This document shows positions 51,360 through 62,607 of a stretch of DNA of 64,000 bases, piece by piece. The notes beneath the pieces are model-generated. The model did not search any database. It saw only the letters and a list, made by a program, of their open reading frames with translations, and had not been told where the DNA came from. The first letter of the stretch is position 1; each line of letters starts with the position of its first letter. The translations under genes were made by a program, and so were the position numbers. This stretch comes from Eledone cirrhosa (lineage: Eukaryota), in contig OZ024754.1 in assembly GCA_964016885.1 (NCBI GenBank), positions 31,310,001-31,374,000 of the forward strand, read 5' to 3'.

Positions 51360-54300
51360 TCACCTCTCCAACACTCACCTCTACCTAGTTCACCTCTCCA
51401 ACACTCACCTCTACCTAGTTCACCTCTCCAACACTCACCTCTACCTAGTTCACCTCTCCAACACTCACCTCTACCTAGTTCACCTCTCCAACACTCACCT
51501 CTACCTAGTTCACCTCTCCAACCCTCACCTCTACCTAGTTCACCTCTCCAACACTCACCTCTACCTAGTTCACCTCTCCAACACTCACCTCTCCAACACT
51601 CCCCTCTACCTAGTTCACCTCTCCAACCCTCACCTCTACCTAGTTCACCTCTCCAACACTCACCTCTCCAACACTCCCCTCTACCAAGTTCACCTCTACC
51701 TAGTTCACCTCTCCAACCCTCACCTCTACCTAGTTCACCTCTCCAACACTCACCTCTCCAACACTCCCCTCTACCAAGTTCACCTCTACCTAGTTCACCT
51801 CTTCAACACTCACCTCTACCTAGTTCACCTCTTCAACACTCCCCTCTATCTAGTTCACCTCTCCAACACTCCCCTCTACCTAGTTCACCTCTCCAACACT
51901 CCCCTCTACCTAGTTCACCTCTCCAACACTCCCCTCTACCTAGTTCACCTCTCCAACCCTCGCCTCTACCTAGTTCACCTCTCCAACACTCCCCTCTACC
52001 TAGTTCACCTCTCCAACACTCCCCTCTACCTAGTTCACCTCTCCAACACTCACCTCTACCTAGTTCACCTCTCCAACACTCACCTCTACCTAGTTCACCT
52101 CTCCAACACTCCCCTCTACCTAGTTCACCTCTCCAACACTCACCTCTACCTAGTTCACCTCTCCAACACTCACCTCTACCTAGTTCACCTCTCCAACCCT
52201 CACCTCTCCAACACTCACCTCTACCTAGTTCACCTCTCCAACACTCCCCTCTACCTAGTTCACCTCTCCAACACTCCCCTCTACCTAGTTCACCTCTCCA
52301 ACACTCACCTCTACCTAGTTCACCTCTCCAACACTCACCTCTACCTAGTTCACCTCTCCAACCCTCACCTCTCCAACACTCACCTCTACCTAGTTCACCT
52401 CTCCAACACTCCCCTCTACCTAGTTCACCTCTCCAACACTCCCCTCTACCTAGTTCACCTCTCCAACACTCACCTCTACCTAGTTCACCTCTCCAACACT
52501 CAACTCTACCTAGTTCACCTCTCCAACCCTCACCTCTCCAACACTCACCTCTACCTAGTTCACCTCTCCAACACTCCCCTCTACCTAGTTCACCTCTCCA
52601 ACACTCCCCTCTACCTAGTTCACCTCTCCAACACTCACCTCTACCTAGTTCACCTCTCCAACACTCACCTCTCCAACACTCACCTCTACCTAGTTCACCT
52701 CTCCAACACTCACCTCTACCTAGTTCACCTCTCCAACCCTCACCTCTCCAACACTCACCTCTACCTAGTTCACCTCTCCAACACTCCCCTCTACCTAGTT
52801 CACCTCTCCAACACTCCCCTCTACCTAGTTCACCTCTCCAACACTCACCTCTACCTAGTTCACCTCTCCAACACTCAACTCTACCTAGTTCACCTCTCCA
52901 ACCCTCACCTCTCCAACACTCACCTCTACCTAGTTCACCTCTCCAACACTCCCCTCTACCTAGTTCACCTCTCCAACACTCCCCTCTACCTAGTTCACCT
53001 CTCCAACACTCACCTCTACCTAGTTCACCTCTCCAACACTCCCCTCTACCTAGTTCACCTCTCCAACACTCCCCTCTACCTAGTTCACCTCTCCAACCTT
53101 CACCTCTACCTAGTTCACCTCTCCAACCCTCACCTCTCCAACACTCACCTCTACCTAGTTCACCTCTCCAACCCTCACCTCTCCAACACTCACCTCTACC
53201 TAGTTCACCTCTTCAACACTCCCCTCTACCTAGTTCACCTCTCCAACCTTCACCTCTACCTAGTTCACCTCTCCAACCCTCACCTCTCCAACACTCACCT
53301 CTACCTAGTTCACCTCTCCAACCCTCACCTCTCCAACACTCACCTCTACCTAGTTCACCTCTCCAACACTCACCTCTACCTAGTTCACCTCTCCAACCCT
53401 CACCTCTCCAACACTCACCTCTACCTAGTTCACCTCTCCAACCTTCACCTCTACCTAGTTCACCTCTCCAATACTCCCCTCTACCTAGTTCACCTCTCCA
53501 ACACTCCTCTCTACCTAGTTCACCTCTCCAACCTTCACCTCTACCTAGTTCACCTCTCCAACCCTCACCTCTCCAACACTCACCTCTCCAACCCTCACCT
53601 CTCCAACACTCACCTCTCCAACCCTCACCTCTCCAACCCTCACCTCTCCAACACTCCTCTCTACCTAGTTCACCTCTCCAACCTTCACCTCTACCTAGTT
53701 CACCTCTCCAACACTCACCTCTACCTAGTTCACCTCTCCAACCTTCACCTCTACCTAGTTCACCTCTCCAACCTTCACCTCTACCTAGTTCACCTCTCCA
53801 ACACTCACCTCTACCTAGTTCACCTCTCCAACACTCACCTCTACCTAGTTCACCTCTCCAACCTTCACCTCTACCTAGTTCACCTCTCCAACCTTCACCT
53901 CTACCTAGTTCACCTCTCCAACACTCACCTCTACCTAGTTCACCTCTCCAACACTCACCTCTACCTAGTTCACCTCTCCAACACTCACCTCTACCTAGTT
54001 CACCTCTCCAACCTTCACCTCTACCTAGTTCACCTCTCCAACCTTCACCTCTACCTAGTTCACCTCTCCAACCCTCACCTCTCCAACACTCACCTCTCCA
54101 ACCCTCACCTCTCCAACACTCACCTCTCCAACCCTCACCTCTCCAACACTCCTCTCTACCTAGTTCACCTCTCCAACCTTCACCTCTACCTAGTTCACCT
54201 CTCCAACACTCACCTCTACCTAGTTCACCTCTCCAACACTCACCTCTACCTAGTTCACCTCTCCAACACTCACCTCTACCTAGTTCACCTCTCCAACACT

Positions 54301-55965
54301 CACCTCTACCTAGTTCACCTCTCCAACACTCACCTCTACCTAGTTCACCTCTCCAACACTCACCTCTACCTAGTTCACCTCTCCAACCTTCACCTCTACC
54401 TAGTTCACCTCTCCAACCTTCACCTCTACCTAGTTCACCTCTCCAACACTCACCTCTACCTAGTTCACCTCTCCAACACTCACCTCTACCTAGTTCACCT
54501 CTCCAACACTCACCTCTACCTAGTTCACCTCTCCAACCTTCACCTCTACCTAGTTCACCTCTCCAACCTTCACCTCTACCTAGTTCACCTCTCCAACACT
54601 CACCTCTACCTAGTTCACCTCTCCAACACTCACCTCTACCTAGTTCACCTCTCCAACACTCACCTCTACCTAGTTCACCTCTCCAACCTTCACCTCTACC
54701 TAGTTCACCTCTCCAACACTCACCTCTACCTAGTTCACCTCTCCAACACTCACCTCTACCTAGTTCACCTCTCCAACACTCACCTCTACCTAGTTCACCT
54801 CTCCAACACTCACCTCTACCTAGTTCACCTCTCCAACACTCACCTCTACCTAGTTCACCTCTCCAACACTCACCTCTACCTAGTTCACCTCTCCAACCTT
54901 CACCTCTACCTAGTTCACCTCTCCAACCTTCACCTCTCCAACCTTCACCTCTCCGACCTTCACCTCTACCTAGTTCACCTCTCCAACCTTCACCTCTACC
55001 TAGTTCACCTCTCCAACACTCACCTCTACCTAGTTCACCTCTCCAACACTCACCTCTACCTAGTTCACCTCTCCAACACTCACCTCTACCTAGTTCACCT
55101 CTCCAACCTTCACCTCTACCTAGTTCACCTCTCCAACCTTCACCTCTACCTAGTTCACCTCTCCAACACTCACCTCTACCTAGTTCACCTCTCCAACACT
55201 CACCTCTACCTAGTTCACCTCTCCAACACTCACCTCTACCTAGTTCACCTCTCCAACACTCACCTCTACCTAGTTCACCTCTCCAACCTTCACCTCTACC
55301 TAGTTCACCTCTCCAACACTCACCTCTACCTAGTTCACCTCTCCAACCTTCACCTCTACCTAGTTCACCTCTCCAACCTTCACCTCTACCTAGTTCACCT
55401 CTCCAACACTCACCTCTACCTAGTTCACCTCTCCAACACTCACCTCTACCTAGTTCACCTCTCCAACACTCACCTCTACCTAGTTCACCTCTCCAACCTT
55501 CACCTCTACCTAGTTCACCTCTCCAACCTTCACCTCTACCTAGTTCACCTCTCCAACACTCACCTCTACCTAGTTCACCTCTCCAACACTCACCTCTACC
55601 TAGTTCACCTCTCCAACACTCACCTCTACCTAGTTCACCTCTCCAACCTTCACCTCTACCTAGTTCACCTCTCCAACACTCACCTCTACCTAGTTCACCT
55701 CTCCAACACTCACCTCTACCTAGTTCACCTCTCCAACACTCACCTCTACCTAGTTCACCTCTCCAACACTCACCTCTACCTAGTTCACCTCTCCAACACT
55801 CACCTCTACCTAGTTCACCTCTCCAACACTCACCTCTACCTAGTTCACCTCTCCAACACTCACCTCTACCTAGTTCACCTCTCCAACCTTCACCTCTACC
55901 TAGTTCACCTCTCCAACCTTCACCTCTCCAACCTTCACCTCTCCGACCTTCACCTCTACCTAGTT
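51360..55965 (+). repeat. 4.6-kb intronic C-rich satellite of 15-bp subunits (30-bp dimer)
   Basis: tcacctctccaacac / tcacctctacctagt. Confidence 0.98.
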
Positions 55966-56004
55966 GTCCAACTTATGTGAAATATTCTCTTTATTGTTTT
56001 ATAG

Positions 56005-56103
56005 TCTGCCCTCAGTTGTTTGTTCAACTTTGTCAGTCGGACAGTTTATGAGACTCGAGTTGGTGGAAAATTTGTATCTGATCTCATTAAAGCAGCTGTT
56101 AAG
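56005..56103 (+). CDS. PSME4: PSME4 exon 16 (SALSCLFNFVSRTVYETRVGGKFVSDLIKAAVK)
   Basis: ttatag|...AAG|gtgagc; 99 nt. Confidence 0.93.
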
Positions 56104-56950
56104 GTGAGCTTTTTTATTAAATATATTCACTTTGATCATTGCTTTATGTGTGTGTGAGTATGTTATGTATTGTGTATATGTGTGTATTAGGTGTATTGTC
56201 TATAGGTGTGTGTGTCATATGAACTGATCATTGTATGATCAATAGTATAATCTCTCAATGTAAAAAGTATATCAGGTATATTTTCATATATATATGTATA
56301 TATATGTATGACAGAAAAAAAGAGAATCAATGTTGCGACGAATGGAATTTATTGGACATATTACAATCATCATACGGCCTACCGCATACGGACGCTTTAA
56401 GCATCCAACACCAATTATGTATATATGTGTATATATATATACGATATTAACAAATGGAAACTATATTTATAAAACCATATTTATTTCATTATACATATTT
56501 CAAGGACACCAAGTTAAATTATGGTGTGCTTTCATCAGATAAAATATAATATAGAGCAGTTTTATAAATAAATATTGACATACCCTTAAAGAATGCAACC
56601 ATTACTGTTGGAAGCTCCCGGATATATATATATATATATTGTGTCATCATCATCATCATCATCATCATCAACGTTTAACGTCCGTGTTCCACGCTTGCAT
56701 GGGTTTGGACGGGGGTTTTCCCACTTGAGGCAAGAGTGATTGTCTTGCTCGCATAGGACTATCTGGCGGGTTTTCTACAGCTGGATGCCCTTCCTAACAC
56801 CAACCACATTTACAGTGTGGGGCTGGGAGGTTTTTACCGTGTTGCCTACACGGCCACATTACAGCGTGGACTGTGTCTACACGATCTCATTTGTTTCGGC
56901 CTGGATGTGTGTGTATATATATATGTGTGTGTGTGTATATATATGTATGT

Positions 56951-57265
56951 GTGTGAGACACATGGCTTAGTGGTTAGCGCTTTGGCCTTGCAATCGAAAG
57001 GTTGTGAGTTCAATTCTCAGACCAGGTGATGTGTTGTTTCCTTGAGCAAGACACTTTATTTCATATTGCTCCAGTTTACTCAGCTGTAGAAATGAGATGA
57101 TAGGGACTGGGGTCCCTATCATTCCACGGCAAAAAAGCACCCAGCACTCACTGTAAATGAGGTTGGTGTTAGGAAGGGCATCCAGCTGTAGAAATCAAGC
57201 CAGAATCAGTTCCTGTCCCACCCTTGCAAGCAGGGAAAAGCGGACGTAAAATGATGATAATGATG
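56951..57265 (+). mobile_element. SINE family B copy, with an inverted related copy at 56645-56905
   Basis: Similarity to 24017-24454. Confidence 0.85.
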
Positions 57266-57805
57266 TGTGTGTGTGTGTATATATATATATATGTATATGT
57301 GTGTGTGTGTATATGGTGATCTATTTCTTGTGTTTATATGTATATTATATGTATATATTATACTGGATGGGTTATAAGTAACAGGGAAATTACCCCTATT
57401 TGAGCGAGACACAGTCACCCAACACAACTTGCCTTAAAATAGGACCTGTCTAACCCATGCTAGCGTGGAAGATAGACGTTAATCGATGATGATGATGATA
57501 TCTATATATGAGAGAGAATTTTAACCCTTTTCATACCAAGTTTCCCCTGGTTCTGTGGCACAAAGCTGTTTGTTTCAAAGTGTTTATATTTATCATAACA
57601 GCCTTCCGTCACAATTTTATGCAAGAACCTTTGTTAAGTTATGTTCCATACCCCAACTAAATAATGAGTTATATTACTTTATCCCTCCAAATTCTTGTTT
57701 ATTTTCAAAATGATTTGAAAACCATAGGAAACAATGTCTTTCATTAGAAATATGGTAATGACAGGGTTAAAGGTAAATTTTAAACAAATTTTTCTCCCAT
57801 TTCAG

Positions 57806-57878
57806 GTTAATCCAGACAAATCTCTGAAGTTGTTTATCCCTCATTTCTGTAGCAACATTCAACAACTGCTTGCTGCAA
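57806..57878 (+). CDS. PSME4: PSME4 exon 17 (VNPDKSLKLFIPHFCSNIQQLLAA)
   Basis: tttcag|...A|gtgagt; 73 nt. Confidence 0.92.
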
Positions 57879-57939
57879 GTGAGTAGCTAAACACAATTTT
57901 TAATGTTTTGTTTCATCTCAGACATGTGACATTCTATAC

Positions 57940-58552
57940 TTATATAACACATACTTCACTCTGTATCTTATACGAGTGAAATATGTGTTATACAGTGATA
58001 TCTTATCACTGTATAACACATACTTCACTCATATAATTTATCACTGTATAACACATACTTCACTTATAACTTATCACTGTATAACACATACTTCACTCAT
58101 ATAACTTATCACTGTATAACACATACTTCACTCATATAACTTATCACTGTATAACACATACTTCACTCATATAACTTATCACTGTATAACACATACTTCA
58201 CTCATATAACTTATCACTGTATAACACATACTTCACTCATATAACTTATCACTGTATAACACATACTTCATTCATATAACTTATCATTGTATAACACATA
58301 CTTCAATCATATAACTTATCACTGTATAACACATACTTCACTCATATAACTTATCACTGTATAACACATACTTCACTCATATAACTTATCACTGTATAAC
58401 ACATACTTCACTCGTATAACACATACTTTACTCATATAACTTATCACTGTATAACACATACTTCACTCATATATCTTATCATTGTATAACACATACTTCA
58501 CTCATATAACTTATTTTATAACACATACTTTACTCATATAACTTATCACTGA
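57940..58552 (+). repeat. 35-bp minisatellite with one inverted unit near its start
   Basis: Unit ttatcactgtataacacatacttcactcatataac. Confidence 0.93.
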
Positions 58553-58760
58553 AATAGAAACTGTAGTGACTGCCAGTATTGTCAAACAAAGTAGGCAAAG
58601 TTAAATATTTCACCTCAACACTGATATTAAGGGCTAATTCAGTCCTACCAGCTGACTGAATTAGCCCTTTTCACACCAAATGGTTTGAAACCACCTTTGG
58701 TTCTACAATATAAAACTGCTTTCTATGAAATAGCTTATGGAATAGGGTGAATACCCTTAA

Positions 58761-58981
58761 CCCTTTAGCATTCACATTACTCTATATTTACTATTGTGTT
58801 TTCATAGTAAAGGCTTTATCTTACATAATTATCTCACATAATATCGAATCTATGAGATTTTGATATTATTTATTTTGGGAGCAATACCTTGACATCAGTA
58901 TGAGCAGCCAGTTACAGCTGGTTTGAACAGAAAGAGGTGAGAGAATGCTGACCAGATACGGCTGGTTTAAATGCTAAAGGG
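58761..58981. mobile_element. Intact 221-bp piggyBac-type MITE
   Basis: TTAA|CCCTTTAGCATT...AATGCTAAAGGG|TTAA. Confidence 0.9.
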
Positions 58982-59607
58982 TTAAAAGTCAGAAAAAGAA
59001 GTTCCTCGTTGCAGCCAATGGCAGCTTCTTTTTCTGTCTTTTAAGGTTCTTCACCCTATTTTATAGCATCTCTGCACATGAGCATATCATTCTTTATATT
59101 AACTCTATATTCTCAGTGCTTAATGTCCGAGAGATCGGCTAAGTGCCTTCTTTGTTTACAAAACTATATTTTAAAATGTTTATATTTATCTAAAAACCTT
59201 CCATAATTTTATGTATGAACCTATGTTAAGTTATGTTCCAAGCATCAGCTTAATATTCAAGAAATTATATTACTAAATCCATTTAAATTGTTGATTATTT
59301 TCAAAATTAATTGAAAATCTTAAACAGTTTTTCTCGTTAAGAATATGGAAATGAAAGAGTTAAACAAATTAAACACAACAGCCAGAGATATCTCTTCCAT
59401 ATATTTTATTACATATGTAGTTCATCCTTTTTATATTGACTTTTCCATGCTGATATTGGTTGGGAGGGACTTTTTGAGGCAGTGTTTTGCAACTGGATAC
59501 TTTTACTGACACCAACCCTTTTAATTGTTTCATATGACATGCAAGGATATGATGTACTTATTCTACACTAGATTGTTGGTAATTAAGACTTAATCTTTTG
59601 ATTGCAG

Positions 59608-59675
59608 ATGAAGACATTAAGAAAGAAGAAAAACTTGATGTGGAACTCTTGTGGAATCTTTTGATGCTGTCACAA
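59608..59675 (+). CDS. PSME4: PSME4 exon 18 (EDIKKEEKLDVELLWNLLMLSQ)
   Basis: ttgcag|...CAA|gtaagt; 68 nt. Confidence 0.93.
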
Positions 59676-60126
59676 GTAAGTTACTCTCTTGTCATTTAAC
59701 TAAACTATAGACTCTAACTTGAGATGGTGTCACAAGTAAGTTACTCTCTTGTCATTTAACTAAACTATAGACTCTAACTTGAGATGGTGTCACAAGTAAG
59801 TTACTCTCTTGTCATTTAACTAAACTATAGACTCTAACTTGAGATGGTGTCACAATTAAGTTACTCTTTTGTCATTTAACCCTTTAGCATTTAAACTAGC
59901 TGTATCCAGCCAGAATTCTCTCACCTCTATCTGCTCAAACTGACTATAACTGGCTGCTCATACTGATGTTAAGATATTATTCTTAAAATAAATAATATCA
60001 AAATCTCATAGATTTGATACTATGTGAGATAATTATGTGAAATAAAGTGTTTACCATGAATATACAATAGTAAATAGAGAGTAATGTAAATGCTAAAGGG
60101 TTAACTAAACTATAAACTCTAACTTA
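59663..60126 (+). repeat. 4x60-bp tandem repeat spanning the exon 18 donor; fourth unit interrupted by a MITE
   Basis: gtcacaagtaagttactctcttgtcatttaactaaactatagactctaacttgagatggt repeated with an exact 60-nt period. Confidence 0.93.
59880..60100. mobile_element. Intact 221-bp piggyBac-type MITE, opposite orientation to 58761-58981
   Basis: TTAA TSD at 59876 and 60101; empty site visible in neighbouring repeat units. Confidence 0.92.
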
Positions 60127-60391
60127 AGACTACTTGTCTTATACAAGCAGGTCATAATACTGCCTGAAACACCAGATTTTCCCTTCACAATAAACTAAAT
60201 TTGAACTGCTTTAAGTCCTTTAATGAAAGTTATAATTGAAGATTACATCTTACTGTTGTACATTAATAGTCTAAACTGTGTATCAACTGTGTCTGCCATC
60301 CATCTCAAACCAATAAGGGTTTGTTATATCTCTGCTGACTGCCCTTGTATTAATTTCTAAAATCATTACTGTAATAAATGTTACATTGTTA

Positions 60392-60518
60392 CAGGGTGAA
60401 CCTAAAGTCGCAATACATAGGATATCTGTAAATTAGAAAACAACACGTTAAAATATAAATATGGAAACTTTAAAATGTAATTATTTTTCCTCTGTATTGT
60501 GACTTTTGGTCTACCCTG
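60392..60518. mobile_element. Tc1/mariner-type MITE
   Basis: TA|CAGGGTGAACCTAAAGTCGCAATACA...TGTATTGTGACTTTTGGTCTACCCTG|TA. Confidence 0.75.
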
Positions 60519-60612
60519 TATATTTAGGTGGTACAATGCCCAGGACATAATGTTTCTATGTCGCTGATCTCAGGAACATTTCAATTGACTGTCTCTCTAT
60601 TATTTTATTTAG

Positions 60613-60828
60613 GTTGTACGAGCCCCAGGACACAACCTACTGTGCTATATGACTGATCTCCTGGATGTCTTAACACCATTGTTACAGCTGAAATGTGTAG
60701 AAGCCTATGAATACAGTACCAGTACACTACGTTACCTTCTACGTTCACTGACTAATATATACCCTCTGGATTTCCGAAGTGTCCCAGTAGACTTTGATAT
60801 ACCTGTCACTGAACATTTAATCATCAAG
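60613..60828 (+). CDS. PSME4: PSME4 exon 19 (VVRAPGHNLLCY...LLRSLTNIYPLDFRSVP...IIK)
   Basis: atttag|...AAG|gtcagt; 216 nt. Confidence 0.93.
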
Positions 60829-60857
60829 GTCAGTATACTGTTAACTTTTACAATACA

Positions 60858-61079
60858 TTTCAGGTAAAACTATAGGTGTGTGTAATTTCAGGTAAAACTA
60901 TGTGTGTGTAATTTCAGGTAAAACTATGTGTGTGTAATTTCAGGTAAAACTATGTGTGTGTAATTTCAGGTAAAACTATGTGTGTGTAATTTCAAGTAAA
61001 ACTATACGTGTGTGTAATTTCAGGTAAAACTATACGTGTGTGTAATTTCAGGTAAAACTATAGGTGTGTGTTATTTCAG
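60858..61079 (+). repeat. 26-28-bp minisatellite containing TTTCAG|GTAAAA, about 8 copies
   Basis: tttcaggtaaaactatgtgtgtgtaa. Confidence 0.92.
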
Positions 61080-61380
61080 CACAGCATCTCTCCATCACGG
61101 TCCTTCGTCATCATCTAATAACTGTGTTAATTTACTGCCTTGAAAGTTGTAATAATTAAAAGAAATTAAATTGTTGTTGATCACTGCTATGTGTTGTTTT
61201 TGTTTCAATATGGCAGTCTGACTAGAAAATAGCTAAGTTCTGCAAATTCCTTGCCATAAATATCAGGTTATATTCTGGAGTTCCAATCATAATACTCTTT
61301 CCATTTGAAGTGTTGTACTTGTAAAGGATCAGTATTATTACAGATATTTAGTTTAACATTGACATTTTTTCTCATTTTAG

Positions 61381-61535
61381 GACTGGGCATATACAGGGTC
61401 TGTTGAGAATGCTAACATACAATGGCATATACCATGTACTGAAGAAATCCAGCTGGCTTCAAGTATTTTGGAAAAAGTATTGAAGCCTGAGTTAGAATTC
61501 ATCAAAACAATCAACAAAGATAATGAAATTTCCAG
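61381..61535 (+). CDS. PSME4: PSME4 exon 20 (DWAYTGSVENANIQWHIPCTEE...EISR)
   Basis: ttttag|...CAG|gtataa; 155 nt. Confidence 0.93.
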
Positions 61536-61586
61536 GTATAAAACAGTTTCAATTATTAGTTTATGTGGTATATTTATGTCTCAACT

Positions 61587-61758
61587 AACATGTTGAGAAA
61601 ATAGTTTACATGTTGTATACTGATATCTCATTTGATAACATGTTGGTTGAGAAAATAGTTTACATGTTGTATACTGATATCTCATTTGATAACATGTTGG
61701 TTGAGAAAATAGTTTACATGTTGTATACTGATATCTCATTTGATAACATGTTGAGAAA
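61587..61758 (+). repeat. 3x54-bp tandem repeat
   Basis: gagaaaatagtttacatgttgtatactgatatctcatttgataacatgttg. Confidence 0.9.
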
Positions 61759-62051
61759 GTATTATAACATGTGGAAAATTAAGCATTTTTCTTTCTCTCT
61801 GCTCCATCTATAGATTAGTTTGCTGGTCACACTATGTGTTCGCCTTTGAACAATCTTAGCTATAAAATCCAAAATACTTAACCATTTTTCTTTGTTTTTG
61901 CATATTTTTCTTTTTCATTTTCTTTTAGTTTTGTTACTGTTGTTGTTTTATTATTTCCTCTTCTACCCTTCCTTCCATCTGGCTATCTTTCTTGCTATCC
62001 TTTTCTCCTCCTCACCTTCTCTCTCTCACTCACTCATTCTCTTCATTCCAG

Positions 62052-62144
62052 AGAAGACCTGCTTCGAAGACTTACCATAATATTTGAAAGTTTATTGGGA
62101 GCTGGAGCATTGCTACCTTTTATTGATGGAGAAACTTACAGCTT
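62052..62144 (+). CDS. PSME4: PSME4 exon 21 (EDLLRRLTIIFESLLGAGALLPFIDGETYS)
   Basis: ttccag|...TT|gtaagt; 93 nt. Confidence 0.91.
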
Positions 62145-62326
62145 GTAAGTGTTATGTTCCTTGTTGGCATTATCTTGTTATGTGTATATATAGCATGTAT
62201 TACATGCCTAAGAAAACAACAATACATTTTTTAATATGTTTATTTATGCATCGAGCACACTTTCTCTCTACTGGCTTGTAATTTTCTTAACTAATTATTC
62301 TCCTCTCTATTTGATTAGTTAATATT

Positions 62327-62607
62327 ATATCATCATCATCATCGTCCACTTTTTCCCTGCTTGCAAGGGTGGGATGGGAACTGATTTTGGCTTGATTTCT
62401 ACAGCTGGATGCCCTTCCTAACACCAACCTCATTTTACAGTGAGTGCTGGGTGCTTTTTTGCTGTGGCACCTCCACGACCACTTTGCAGTGAAATGATAG
62501 GGACCCCAGTCCCTATCATCTCATTTCTACAGCTGAGTAAACTGGAGCAATGTGAAATAAAGTGCCTTGCTCAAGCAAACAACACATCACCCGGTCTGAG
62601 AATTGAA
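62327..62607 (-). mobile_element. SINE family B copy, 5'-truncated; further fragments at 62660-62720 (+) and 63020-63310 (-)
   Basis: Similarity to 3587-3981. Confidence 0.82.

Larger units (their letters stand above)
20364..62144 (+). other. PSME4: PSME4 (PA200) gene span, 21 coding exons visible, 3'-incomplete
   Basis: Spliced translation follows the vertebrate PSME4 N-terminal half as I recall it (YVRLYGLKFSQEDH, LPWKPLY, WRPLFCPFD, DNIGYINW, FYHPSNTGRW, ETLTEPH, LPGIDPND, FEDFVLQF, ELLWNL). All introns are GT-AG with consistent phases. Confidence 0.96.

Noticed and set aside
51234-56051. 1605-aa Ser/Pro-rich protein gene (extensin or mucin-like)
   Set aside because: Pure 15-bp satellite inside PSME4 intron 15, overlapping exon 16 out of frame; the open frame follows from the unit length.
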